Assembly: GCA_965207225.1 (NCBI GenBank)
Contig: CBDBLV010000005.1
Coordinates: forward strand, 928,001-992,000
Reading direction: 5' to 3'
Source: Dehalococcoidia bacterium
GTDB lineage: Bacteria > Chloroflexota > Dehalococcoidia > Plut-88900
DNA length: 64,000 bases
A model generated the notes under the pieces. It saw only the letters and a program-made list of their open reading frames with translations, was not told the DNA's origin and made no database searches. Positions 27,130 to 35,866 of the stretch are shown here, piece after piece. Position 1 is the first letter of the stretch. Each line of letters opens with the position of its first letter. The position numbers were made by a program, and so were the translations under genes.

Positions 27130-27567
27130 GTGTTAGCACTCAAGACCATGTGCATGGTTTCGGATGGATGGTACCCTAGCGGTGATGAATCGCATCCCCC
27201 CATGTACGAATTTATAGCTCTATGGGACACGGGTGCAACCGGCAGCGTGATCTCCCAGGCAGTAGTTAACACTTGCGAACTACAGGCCACGGGCACGCGA
27301 ACTATGCTCCATCCACAAGGATTCACTCGAGGTGTAAGAGCATACACAATCAACGTCAAACTACCCAACGAGGTGGAATTTCAAGCCCTTCCCGTGATAC
27401 TGGGAAATTTGCCCGGCTACGATGTACTGATTGGAATGGACATCATAAGCCTTGCTGACTTTGCTATCACGCACCCAGTCGGAGAGACGAAATTCTCTTT
27501 CCGCATCCCTTCGCAGGCCGACATAGACTTTGTAAGAGACGAAGAGAGAGACGTGCGGGCGAAATAG
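27130..27567 (+). CDS. Retropepsin-like aspartyl protease (true start possibly ATA at 27079)
   Basis: ALWDTGATGSVI and DVLIGMDII motifs. Confidence 0.85.
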   Translation: MLALKTMCMVSDGWYPSGDESHPPMYEFIALWDTGATGSVISQAVVNTCELQATGTRTMLHPQGFTRGVRAYTINVKLPNEVEFQALPVILGNLPGYDVLIGMDIISLADFAITHPVGETKFSFRIPSQADIDFVRDEERDVRAK

Positions 27568-27638
27568 CGGGCAGTAAGGGAAGAGGCGGGCACGGGCCCA
27601 GCTTATCCCTACTTCGCCTCGTTCTTTCGGTTAACTGT

Positions 27639-28448
27639 CTAGCGGTTGAGCCAATACTCGGCGATGTCTATGCCGCGCCAGAATTCGACGTTGGGGTGGG
27701 ACTTGGCGTAGCGGATGAGCCGCTCTACGGAGGTTAGCCTGGCGGGACGGCCGCTGGCCTGGGGGTGGAGGGTCATGGTCATGACGTTGCCTTCCTTGTA
27801 GGCACCGTCGAACTCGGCGGCGTAGGTCTCGTAGACAGCCTGAGGGTCCTGCATGGCAGATCTTCTACCGGCCTGGGGGATGAAGGCGAAGTAGCCGTAG
27901 TCGTCCAGCACCCATTTCACGGGCACTTCGACAAGTTGCTTCCCTTCGACATCGTGGACGTAGGGCACGTCGCTGTCGTGCATGCTGGTGTCGTAGGCAA
28001 AGCCGTGCTCGGCGAGGAGACGGATGGTGTCGGGGCTGCAGTCAAAGAAGGGGGCCCGGTACCCGAGGGTCTTGGTACCCGTGATGCGCTCCAGAATCTC
28101 CATACCTCTTTCGAGGATTTCGGTTTCCTGGTCGATGGGCATGTTGCCTAGGGCCTCGTGCATGTAGCCGTGATGCCCGACCTCGTGGCCCCTCTTCACG
28201 ATATCTTTGACCATGTCTTCGTAGTTTTCGGCGACGTATCCGGGGATGTAGAAGGTGGCCTTGATATCGTAGTCATCGAGCAGCTTGAGAATGCGGGGAA
28301 CGCCGCGTTTTGGTCCGTATTCGGCCATGGAGAGCAGACCGGGGCGGTTGGCGAAGTCGGGATTCATGCCGAGCCACGAGCTGACACCGTCGATGTCGAA
28401 ACCCAGGGTTACTACGGTCTGGATATCTCCGGGCCAAATGCCTGCCAT
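27639..28448 (-). CDS. Polysaccharide deacetylase family (CE4, PuuE/HpPgdA-like), copy 3
   Basis: FDID, ATFYIPG, HEVGHHGYMH, GYRAP, TLHP. Confidence 0.9.
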   Translation of the reverse strand: MAGIWPGDIQTVVTLGFDIDGVSSWLGMNPDFANRPGLLSMAEYGPKRGVPRILKLLDDYDIKATFYIPGYVAENYEDMVKDIVKRGHEVGHHGYMHEALGNMPIDQETEILERGMEILERITGTKTLGYRAPFFDCSPDTIRLLAEHGFAYDTSMHDSDVPYVHDVEGKQLVEVPVKWVLDDYGYFAFIPQAGRRSAMQDPQAVYETYAAEFDGAYKEGNVMTMTLHPQASGRPARLTSVERLIRYAKSHPNVEFWRGIDIAEYWLNR

Positions 28449-28480
28449 GGTATTCCTCCTGAAGTTGTGTGGGGTCGGGG

Positions 28481-29299
28481 CTATGAATAGCCCTGTTGAA
28501 GCCAGTATTGGGCGATTTCATCGCAGCGCATGAAGGCGACGTTGGGATACGAGATGATGTGCTGAATGGTGCGTTCCAGGCTGGACAGCCTGCTGGGATG
28601 GCCGGAGACCTGGGGATGAAGGGTCAGGATGTAGCAGCGACCCTCGTGGTATAGGGTGTCGAATTCGGCAGTCCAGGTGCGGGTGACAGACTCGGGGCTG
28701 GAGAGAGGGCCGCGGACGCCTGCGACCGGCGCATAGCCCCAGAAAGGGAAGTCGTCCAGGTGCCATTGGACGGGAAGCTCGGCGAGGCGGGTGCCGCTGA
28801 CATCGTGAACGTAGGGGGCGTCGTCGTCCATGAGGCTGGAGTCGTAGGTGAAGCCGTATTCGACGAGGAGGTCTAGGGTCCTGGGGCTGATGTCCCAGGA
28901 GGGCGAGCGGTAACCGGGGACCCGGGTACCGGACTGGTGTTCAAGTATCTCCAAGCCGGTCTCGATAGCTCGGCGTTCTTCGCCTTCGTCAAGGGCTGCT
29001 GGGCGTTCGTGGACATAGCCGTGGTGGGCGATTTCGTGGCCGCGGTCGAGGAGGTCGGGGATGATGTGGGGGTGGTTCTCGGCGGTGTGGCCGGGGACGA
29101 AGAAGCTGCCCTTGATGTCGTACTCTTCGAGGAGGGCGAGGATTCTCGGGAGCCCGACCTTGGGGCCGTATTCAGCCATGGTGGTGGCTACGGGTCGGTT
29201 GGCGAAATCGCCGTCTCGGCCCAGCCACGAGCTTACGCCGTCAACGTCGAAGCCGATATTGACGACGCACTGGACGCCGTCTTTCCAGAGGCCTGCCAT
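28481..29299 (-). CDS. Polysaccharide deacetylase family (CE4), copy 2
   Basis: FDVD, SFFVPG, HEIAHHGYVH, GYRSP, TLHP. Confidence 0.9.
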   Translation of the reverse strand: MAGLWKDGVQCVVNIGFDVDGVSSWLGRDGDFANRPVATTMAEYGPKVGLPRILALLEEYDIKGSFFVPGHTAENHPHIIPDLLDRGHEIAHHGYVHERPAALDEGEERRAIETGLEILEHQSGTRVPGYRSPSWDISPRTLDLLVEYGFTYDSSLMDDDAPYVHDVSGTRLAELPVQWHLDDFPFWGYAPVAGVRGPLSSPESVTRTWTAEFDTLYHEGRCYILTLHPQVSGHPSRLSSLERTIQHIISYPNVAFMRCDEIAQYWLQQGYS

Positions 29300-30115
29300 C
29301 TAAGCGTTCTTGTCCAGCCACTGCTCGGCTATGTCCGCGGCGGTGGTGATGGCGACGTTGGGCTTGGTGATCATGTGCTTGATGGTCGTTTCCAGGGCGG
29401 CGATATGGCCCGAGTGCCCGGTGACCTGGGGGTGCATGACGAGAATCATGCACCGGCCTTCGGTGTAGAGGCCGTCGAACTCGGCGATCCAGGTGCGGGC
29501 GACGGAGGCGGGACTGCAACCCGGGCCCCGCATGTCGGCGGCGGGGACATAGGCGAAATATGGAAAATCGTCGAGGAGCCAGTGGAAGGGGAGCTGGACT
29601 ATGTTGCCGTTGTCGGTCTCTATAAGGTACGGTGCGTCGTCGTCCATGAGGCTGGAGTCGTAGACAATGCCACGCTCGGCGAGAAGGGACATGGTGCGGT
29701 TACTGGCGTCGCCGCCGGGGACCCTGTAGCCGGTTATCTTTTGGCCGGCGGCCTTTTCGAGGGCCTCAAGTCCCCGGTCCAGGTCTTCAATTTCCTCCTC
29801 GAGGGTGAGTTCAGCGGGTCGGAGGTGCATGTAGCCGTGGCCAGCAACCTCGTGGCCCCTGGCGATGATCTCCCTGACGAGGTCGGGGTACTGGTCGGCG
29901 GTGAAGCCGGGGATGAAAAAGGAGGCCTTGAGCCTGTATTCGTCCATCAGGTTGAGGATTCTCGGGACTCCGACCTTGGGGCCGTAGTCGGCGGCCGTCA
30001 TTACTACGGGCCTGTCTCGAAAAGCCGGGTTCCTGCCGATCCAGTTGCTCTGCGCGTCGATGTCGAAGCCTAGGTTTACGGTGCACTGGGTGAGTCCGGG
30101 CCAAATGCCGGTCAT
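29300..30115 (-). CDS. Polysaccharide deacetylase family (CE4), copy 1
   Basis: FDID, SFFIPG, HEVAGHGYMH, GYRVP, VMHP. Confidence 0.9.
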   Translation of the reverse strand: MTGIWPGLTQCTVNLGFDIDAQSNWIGRNPAFRDRPVVMTAADYGPKVGVPRILNLMDEYRLKASFFIPGFTADQYPDLVREIIARGHEVAGHGYMHLRPAELTLEEEIEDLDRGLEALEKAAGQKITGYRVPGGDASNRTMSLLAERGIVYDSSLMDDDAPYLIETDNGNIVQLPFHWLLDDFPYFAYVPAADMRGPGCSPASVARTWIAEFDGLYTEGRCMILVMHPQVTGHSGHIAALETTIKHMITKPNVAITTAADIAEQWLDKNA

Positions 30116-30159
30116 ATCGAATAGCCTCCTGGGGGTAGGGTGGAGGGGTCTACGGGGGG

Positions 30160-30972
30160 CTAGTTTACACTATTGGGGTGGGGTGGGCCCGAATGAGACC
30201 ACCGTTTGCGGCTACGTATCAAAGACATTTGCTTCTTATAGGTGAACATGTAGTGCTTGTCTATTTCCTTGAAACTCCTTTTGAGCCGTGATTGAGCGGG
30301 TCCGAAATATTTGTTCAATCCGGCTTCCGTATAAGCCGCTCGGGTAGTTCTGATGATGTCCTCCACTCCAGTCTTTTCCTGGAATTTTCTCCACTCATTA
30401 GGGAAGAAACCGCTAGCCATCTTGGCCGCGCCAGTTACTTGCTTACTCCAGTGTAAGATAGGTTCAGCCAGCATACGTCCCGCGAAATCCGTTTTGGGCT
30501 TACGCTTGAGAAACTTGCTAGTGGCACTGCCCACGGGAATGATTGTGGCGGTAGGCTTGGCGACGAGTTCCAACTCTTTTAGGAATTCGCAATACCAAAA
30601 AGAAAACTCCTTCATTTGGAGTTTTTTTGCTTCTCCGGCAGGTATAGCTGCCTTGCCCAAGTCGGTGATGTAGTATGTCTCCCCGGTCTTGCAGAGATGT
30701 CGTCGGGCAGCGTAGTGCAAGGTAAGGTCACCCAATGACGTGAAGATGCTTTTAGGCGCATCGAATTCAGTAAGAGGATAATCGCCCCATTTGACATTTT
30801 CTGCTTCTGCTTTCTTCTCATCGACATTTGGTATTTCGGCGACAAGAACATAGTCAACCTTACTACTAGGTGATACGTAGGGGAGATAGTGGCGCTTACG
30901 GTTTATGGCGTGTTGACGCCACTGGGCTTGCAGGGTTTCGTATTGCTGATGAAAGTCCAAATCCGTGGTCAT
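30160..30972 (-). CDS. Hypothetical low-GC protein, divergent uracil-DNA glycosylase superfamily suspected
   Basis: VDYVLVAEIP, YYITDLGK, KELELVAKP..IIPVG, PILHWS in UDG motif order. Confidence 0.55.
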   Translation of the reverse strand: MTTDLDFHQQYETLQAQWRQHAINRKRHYLPYVSPSSKVDYVLVAEIPNVDEKKAEAENVKWGDYPLTEFDAPKSIFTSLGDLTLHYAARRHLCKTGETYYITDLGKAAIPAGEAKKLQMKEFSFWYCEFLKELELVAKPTATIIPVGSATSKFLKRKPKTDFAGRMLAEPILHWSKQVTGAAKMASGFFPNEWRKFQEKTGVEDIIRTTRAAYTEAGLNKYFGPAQSRLKRSFKEIDKHYMFTYKKQMSLIRSRKRWSHSGPPHPNSVN

Positions 30973-30990
30973 ATCTTGCGTTACTTCCCC

Positions 30991-32127
30991 TTAGACAATG
31001 CCAATCCCATAAAGCCCAATCGCATTATCCCCCAGCACCTTGGCCTGGTCAGACTCAGATAGCGGGCTGATGTTGTTCTTGAGGACGTCTACGGCGCCGT
31101 AGAGGCCGTCGGAGTGGGGGTAGTCGGCGCCCCATATGAAGCGGTCCGCGCCGAGGATGTTGATGGTGGAGACGGCCATTTCGTCGTCGGGTTCGAGGGA
31201 TATGTAGCACTGCTTGTGGAAGTACTCGCTGGGCTCTTTAGCCATGCCGGTGGCGAAACCGAACTTTTCGTAGAACTCGTTCATGCGATCGAGCCAGTAG
31301 GGCATGAACCCTGCGCCTGTCTCCAGGACTATGACCTCGATGTTGGGGAAGCGGTCGAAGACTGCGCCCTTGAATAGGCTGGCAAAGCCGATGAAAGTAT
31401 CGTTGGCGAGGGTGAGGAAGTTCCACCAGGTGTTTTCTGGGAGGCCGCCGGTGTAGAGGTTGTTGAAGACCTGGCGGGGGGTGGCGGCGATGTGCAGTGA
31501 CACGGGCAGGCCCGAGTCCTGGGCGATGCTCCAGAAGCGGTCGTGGCGGGGGTCTCCGTAGGAGACGCCGTTGATGGGGTAACCGCTGAGGAAGACGCCC
31601 CGGGCGCCGAGTTTGGCCGTTCTTTCCAGTTCCGTTGCGCCTTCCTGGGCATCGGACACGGAGATGTGGGCGATGGGTATGAGGCGGTCGGAGTTGTGAC
31701 GGCAGAAGTCCAGGACCCAGTCGTTGTAGACGCGGCAATAAGCGGCGGCGAGCTTGTAGTCGGGGCATTCGGCTTCCCAGGCGAGGCCCATGGTCGGGTA
31801 GAGGACTGAGGCTTCGATGCCCTCGGAGTCCAGCACTTTTAGGCGCTCTGCAGGGTCAACGGCGCCGGGCTCAAGGCCCTGCCGGTATGTAATTTTGCCG
31901 GGGGTGAGGAGGTCCCGGACATCTTTGCCTATGCCGCTGGGTCTGCCGAACATCCCGCCGGAGATGAGGTAGCCGGTCGGTTTCCTGCCGTCGATCTCCA
32001 GGTATTCGAGGCCGTTTTCGTCTACGGCGATGCGCATGGCGCGGTGGCGAAACTCGGGTTCGAGGTTCCTCTCCCAGAGGTCGGGGGGCTCAACGGTGTG
32101 GCTGTCGGCGTCTATTATCCTGGGCAT
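30991..32127 (-). CDS. Amidohydrolase_2 family protein
   Basis: IDADSHTVEP, VLYPT, LETGAG, WGADYPHSD. Confidence 0.9.
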   Translation of the reverse strand: MPRIIDADSHTVEPPDLWERNLEPEFRHRAMRIAVDENGLEYLEIDGRKPTGYLISGGMFGRPSGIGKDVRDLLTPGKITYRQGLEPGAVDPAERLKVLDSEGIEASVLYPTMGLAWEAECPDYKLAAAYCRVYNDWVLDFCRHNSDRLIPIAHISVSDAQEGATELERTAKLGARGVFLSGYPINGVSYGDPRHDRFWSIAQDSGLPVSLHIAATPRQVFNNLYTGGLPENTWWNFLTLANDTFIGFASLFKGAVFDRFPNIEVIVLETGAGFMPYWLDRMNEFYEKFGFATGMAKEPSEYFHKQCYISLEPDDEMAVSTINILGADRFIWGADYPHSDGLYGAVDVLKNNISPLSESDQAKVLGDNAIGLYGIGIV

Positions 32128-32187
32128 TTGGTCGGGCCTCCCTGTGCGAAGTCTTGAGGTTGCCTGTGAAATAGCCGGGCCCCCGCC

Positions 32188-32226
32188 CCGTTCTTGAGAC
32201 CCTTCGACGCCAATTAGGGCGAACGG
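32188..32226. repeat. CTTCGAC-type palindromic element
   Basis: CCGTTCTTGAGACCCTTCGAC...AGGGCGAACGG, near-identical to 20023-20061. Confidence 0.8.
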
Positions 32227-32252
32227 AATCTCCCACCGATGACAAAAGGTAA

Positions 32253-32642
32253 TTACATAGATTTCTGGGCGAATTCAGTGATGGCGTCGTATATACGGAG
32301 CATCTCATTGTCTCTATCGTCGGCCCAGTAGTAGGGTTTGACGGCCTCTCCGCCGAGGACCTTGACGAGCTCAGGATGGTCGTCTACGCAGAAGTCGGGG
32401 GTTACGGGGATGCCGAGGATTTCAAGGCCCTTGCGGTAGTTCGCCGTCGGCTTTACGAAACAGTCCTGGATATAGGGGCGGAGCTTGTGGCGTTCGATCA
32501 CTTCCCACCGGAGCCCGACTCCGGACCAGATGTAGATGTCGTGGCCGTCGTCTATAAGTTTCTGGAAGACCTCGTGGACGTGGGGGCGGAGGCGGCCGTC
32601 GAAGGCGATTAGGGTGTCGTCGACGTCGAAAAAGATGTTCAT
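32253..32642 (-). CDS. Minimal capless HAD-superfamily hydrolase
   Basis: FFDVDDTL (DxDxT), IWSG, K, VDD motifs in 129 aa. Confidence 0.8.
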   Translation of the reverse strand: MNIFFDVDDTLIAFDGRLRPHVHEVFQKLIDDGHDIYIWSGVGLRWEVIERHKLRPYIQDCFVKPTANYRKGLEILGIPVTPDFCVDDHPELVKVLGGEAVKPYYWADDRDNEMLRIYDAITEFAQKSM

Positions 32643-32649
32643 GTTTGCA

Positions 32650-33528
32650 CTAGACTGGTTGGGTTACTCCGACGGGTGAGCGGAGGGTAAGGACGCGGTC
32701 CAATCCTGCAAGGTCTGGGGTGATGGAGGCCTGGGCTTCGGGGCAGAGGTGTTTGGCTTGAGACATGGCCGCTTCACCCTGGTCCCAGCCTATTTCGATG
32801 AAGATGGCGCCGCCGGGGTTGAGGTTGTCTTTGGCTTGTTCGATGAGCCGTTCAATGACGGCCATGCCGTCGGGGCCACCGTCGAGGGCGAGCCGGGGTT
32901 CGTGGTTGGTTATTTCCCGGGCCAGGCTGGGGATTTCGGGGGATGGGATGTAGGGGGGATTGGAGACGAGGATGTCGATGGGTCGGGGGAGGGGGGAGAG
33001 GAGGTCGGCGTGTAGGAGGGTTACACGGTCCTGGACGTCGTGTCGTGCAGCGTTTTCACAGGCGAGTTGGAGGGCGTCGGGGGAGATGTCTGTGGCGATA
33101 ACTGTTGCTTGCGGCAGGTGATGAGCCAGGGTGATGGCGATGGCGCCGCACCCGGTACCCACGTCAACGATGTTCAGGCCCTTGCCGCCTATAGCCCGGC
33201 GGGATGCGAAGTCAAGGGCCATTTCTACGAGGAGTTCGGTCTCGGGGCGGGGGATAAGGGCGCGGGGATCGACTTTGAAGTCGAGGCCGTAGAACTCCTT
33301 GTGGCAGGTTATGTAGGCGGAGGGTTCGCCTGATGCCCGGCGGTCGACCACGCTGTCGAAATGATGCTGGGTTGAGGCTGAGATATCGGTGTCGAGGGCG
33401 AGGAGCAGGGACTCACGGGCGCAAGAGAGGGCGTGGCGCAGGAGGTATTCGGCCTCGAAGCCTGGGCCCTCCACCCCCGAAACCTGTAATCTTTCACGAG
33501 CCTGACGCAGGGCCTCCCTTACCTTCAA
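32650..33528 (-). CDS. prmC: Release factor glutamine methyltransferase
   Basis: ALIPRPETE, DVGTGCGAI, SNPPYI; follows prfA. Confidence 0.95.
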   Translation of the reverse strand: MKVREALRQARERLQVSGVEGPGFEAEYLLRHALSCARESLLLALDTDISASTQHHFDSVVDRRASGEPSAYITCHKEFYGLDFKVDPRALIPRPETELLVEMALDFASRRAIGGKGLNIVDVGTGCGAIAITLAHHLPQATVIATDISPDALQLACENAARHDVQDRVTLLHADLLSPLPRPIDILVSNPPYIPSPEIPSLAREITNHEPRLALDGGPDGMAVIERLIEQAKDNLNPGGAIFIEIGWDQGEAAMSQAKHLCPEAQASITPDLAGLDRVLTLRSPVGVTQPV

Positions 33529-33529
33529 C

Positions 33530-34621
33530 TTATGCTCCCCCGACGGCCACCCCGGCCCGCTCCAGATTTTCTTCCCGCTCCTTGTCTGCCAGGGCCTGGA
33601 CGAGGTCTCCCATGTCGCCTTCAAGGACGCGGGGGAGGTTGTGAAGGGAGAGACCGATGCGGTGGTCGGTGATGCGGTCCTGGGGGAAGTTGTAGGTGCG
33701 GACCTTCTCGGATCGGTCTCCGGTGCCGACCTGGGAGCGTCGGGACTCTGCGACCTCAGCCTGCTGTTTGCGGTATTCGATGTCGTAGAGTCGGGCGCGG
33801 AGGACGGACATGGCCTTGGTCTTGTTCTTAAGCTGGGAGCGTTCGTCCTGGCAGACGGCGACCATGCCGGAAGGGAGGTGGGTGATGCGGACGGCGGTGG
33901 CGACCTTGTTGACGTTCTGGCCCCCGTGTCCCCCGGCGTGGAATATGTCGATCTTCAGGTCGTCGGGGTCAATGGTGACGTCAACCTCTTCCATTTCGGA
34001 CATCACGGCGACGGTAACGGTGGAGGTGTGGATGCGGCCTGAGGACTCGGTGACGGGAACTCGCTGGACGCGGTGGACGCCGCTTTCGTACTTGAATTTG
34101 CCGAAGGCGCCATCACCCTTGATTTCAAAGATGACCTCTTTCAGGCCGCCTATGCCGATGTCGTTGGTGTTGAGTACCTCTGTCTTGAACCCGAGAGTCT
34201 GGGCGTAGCGGGTGTACATACGGTAGAGGTCGGAGGCAAAGAGTGCGGCCTCGTCGCCACCGGCGCCGGCCCGGATCTCCATTATCACGTCCTTGCCGTC
34301 CCGCAAGTCACCCGTGACAAGGGCTTCCTGCATCTCCAGGGATAGCCGCTCCTGGCGCTTCTCAAGGTCGGTAATCTCATCCCGAACCAGGGAGGCCATG
34401 TCTTCGTCGAGGTTGTCGTGCAGCATAGAGCGGCTGTCTTCCAGCTCCCGGCCTATTTCCTTGAACTCGCGATAGGTCGTCACGAGGTCCTCAATGGACG
34501 CCCGCTCGCGTGCGAGGGACTGGATGCGCTGGGGATTGGTAGCGACTTCTGGGTCGGCCAGAAGGCGATCGACCTCCTGGAAGCGCTGCTCCATCTCTTC
34601 CAGACGTGCGAACTTCTCCAC
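33530..34621 (-). CDS. prfA: Peptide chain release factor 1
   Basis: GGQ motif, PVT recognition loop, RTYNFPQDR. Confidence 0.96.
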   Translation of the reverse strand: MEKFARLEEMEQRFQEVDRLLADPEVATNPQRIQSLARERASIEDLVTTYREFKEIGRELEDSRSMLHDNLDEDMASLVRDEITDLEKRQERLSLEMQEALVTGDLRDGKDVIMEIRAGAGGDEAALFASDLYRMYTRYAQTLGFKTEVLNTNDIGIGGLKEVIFEIKGDGAFGKFKYESGVHRVQRVPVTESSGRIHTSTVTVAVMSEMEEVDVTIDPDDLKIDIFHAGGHGGQNVNKVATAVRITHLPSGMVAVCQDERSQLKNKTKAMSVLRARLYDIEYRKQQAEVAESRRSQVGTGDRSEKVRTYNFPQDRITDHRIGLSLHNLPRVLEGDMGDLVQALADKEREENLERAGVAVGGA

Positions 34622-34678
34622 TCTTTCTACCTGCTCTATTCGTGGAAAAGCCCCCGGGGTCGGGGGTCTTTGGGGCCG

Positions 34679-34687
34679 ATTATAACA
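34679..34687 (-). promoter_or_regulatory. Extended -10 promoter (TGtTATAAT) of prfA
   Basis: Consensus match; divergent TATAAT at 34736-34741 faces mtnA. Confidence 0.55.
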
Positions 34688-34814
34688 AATGGGTGTCGGG
34701 GAGCTGTCGCAATGGAATGGCGACACCGGTTACCCTATAATCTACCCGCCAAACACGTACTCCGTGAATGAGGCGCGACTTAATGCATCGTCCGGTGCTG
34801 AACATAGTAAGCGT

Positions 34815-35846
34815 ATGAAACCGATCCAATGGACGTCCGGGAAGCTGAGGCTACTGGACCAGACCCTGCTTCCGAAGAAGAAGGTCTGGCTGGACATCGA
34901 CAATCACCAAGGGGTGGCTCGGGCGATAAAGGAGATGCGGGTACGGGGTGCACCGGCCATCGGGGTGGCGGCGGCCTACGGGGTGGCGCTGGCAGCTGAG
35001 GGTATACAGGCGGAGGGCATGGGCGACTTCCTGGCGAGGCTTGGCATAGCCTGCGATGTGATTTCCGCTTCCCGACCCACTGCGGTCAACCTCAAGTGGG
35101 CGGTCGAGCGGATGCGGAGGGCAGCGGGAGGACATGACGAGGTGGATTCTGCCAAGGAAGCCCTATTGGCGGAAGCCAAGGCGATCCATGAAGAGGATGA
35201 GGCGATCAACCGGCGGATTGGGGCGCACGGTGCGGAGCTGATACGCGGCGGGGCCGTGATGACGCACTGCAACGCAGGGGCATTGGCCACGGCGGGCTAC
35301 GGAACGGCGCTGGGGGTAATTCGCTCTGCGGTGGAATCGGGGAGGGCGGTGCGGGTGCTGGCGACGGAGACCCGGCCTTTCCTGCAGGGGGCTCGGCTGA
35401 CAGCCTGGGAGCTTTCCCAGGACGGGATAGACGTAACCTTGATTACGGACTCCATGGCGGGGCATTTCCTGAAGACCGAGGAGATAGGGTGCGTGGTGGT
35501 CGGGGCGGACAGGATTGCGGCAAACGGAGACGTGGCGAACAAGATAGGGACCTATTCGATAGCGGTGCTGGCCAAGGAGAACTCCGTGCCGTTTTACGTG
35601 GCAGCTCCGATCAGCACGCTGGACCTGAGCCTGGAGTCGGGGGAGGAGATTCCGATCGAGGAGCGGGACCCGAGGGAAGTGCTGGAGTACGCGGGTGTCG
35701 GGGTCGCGCCGGAGGGCGTGAAGGCCGCCCATCCGGCCTTCGACGTTACGCCGTCAAGATACGTATCGGCGATTATTACGGAGAATGGGATTGCTCGGGC
35801 ACCGTATGGGGAGTCGTTGAAGCTGCTTTCCGGCAATGGCGTTTAG
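34815..35846 (+). CDS. mtnA: Methylthioribose-1-phosphate isomerase
   Basis: [34 protein letters not shown]. Confidence 0.95.
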   Translation: MKPIQWTSGKLRLLDQTLLPKKKVWLDIDNHQGVARAIKEMRVRGAPAIGVAAAYGVALAAEGIQAEGMGDFLARLGIACDVISASRPTAVNLKWAVERMRRAAGGHDEVDSAKEALLAEAKAIHEEDEAINRRIGAHGAELIRGGAVMTHCNAGALATAGYGTALGVIRSAVESGRAVRVLATETRPFLQGARLTAWELSQDGIDVTLITDSMAGHFLKTEEIGCVVVGADRIAANGDVANKIGTYSIAVLAKENSVPFYVAAPISTLDLSLESGEEIPIEERDPREVLEYAGVGVAPEGVKAAHPAFDVTPSRYVSAIITENGIARAPYGESLKLLSGNGV

Positions 35847-35866
35847 GTATCTTTTGAAGAGGGTAT

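Noticed and set aside
26713-30990. Prophage or genomic island
   Set aside because: Only two small AT-rich inserts; no integrase, att repeats, tRNA or phage structural genes
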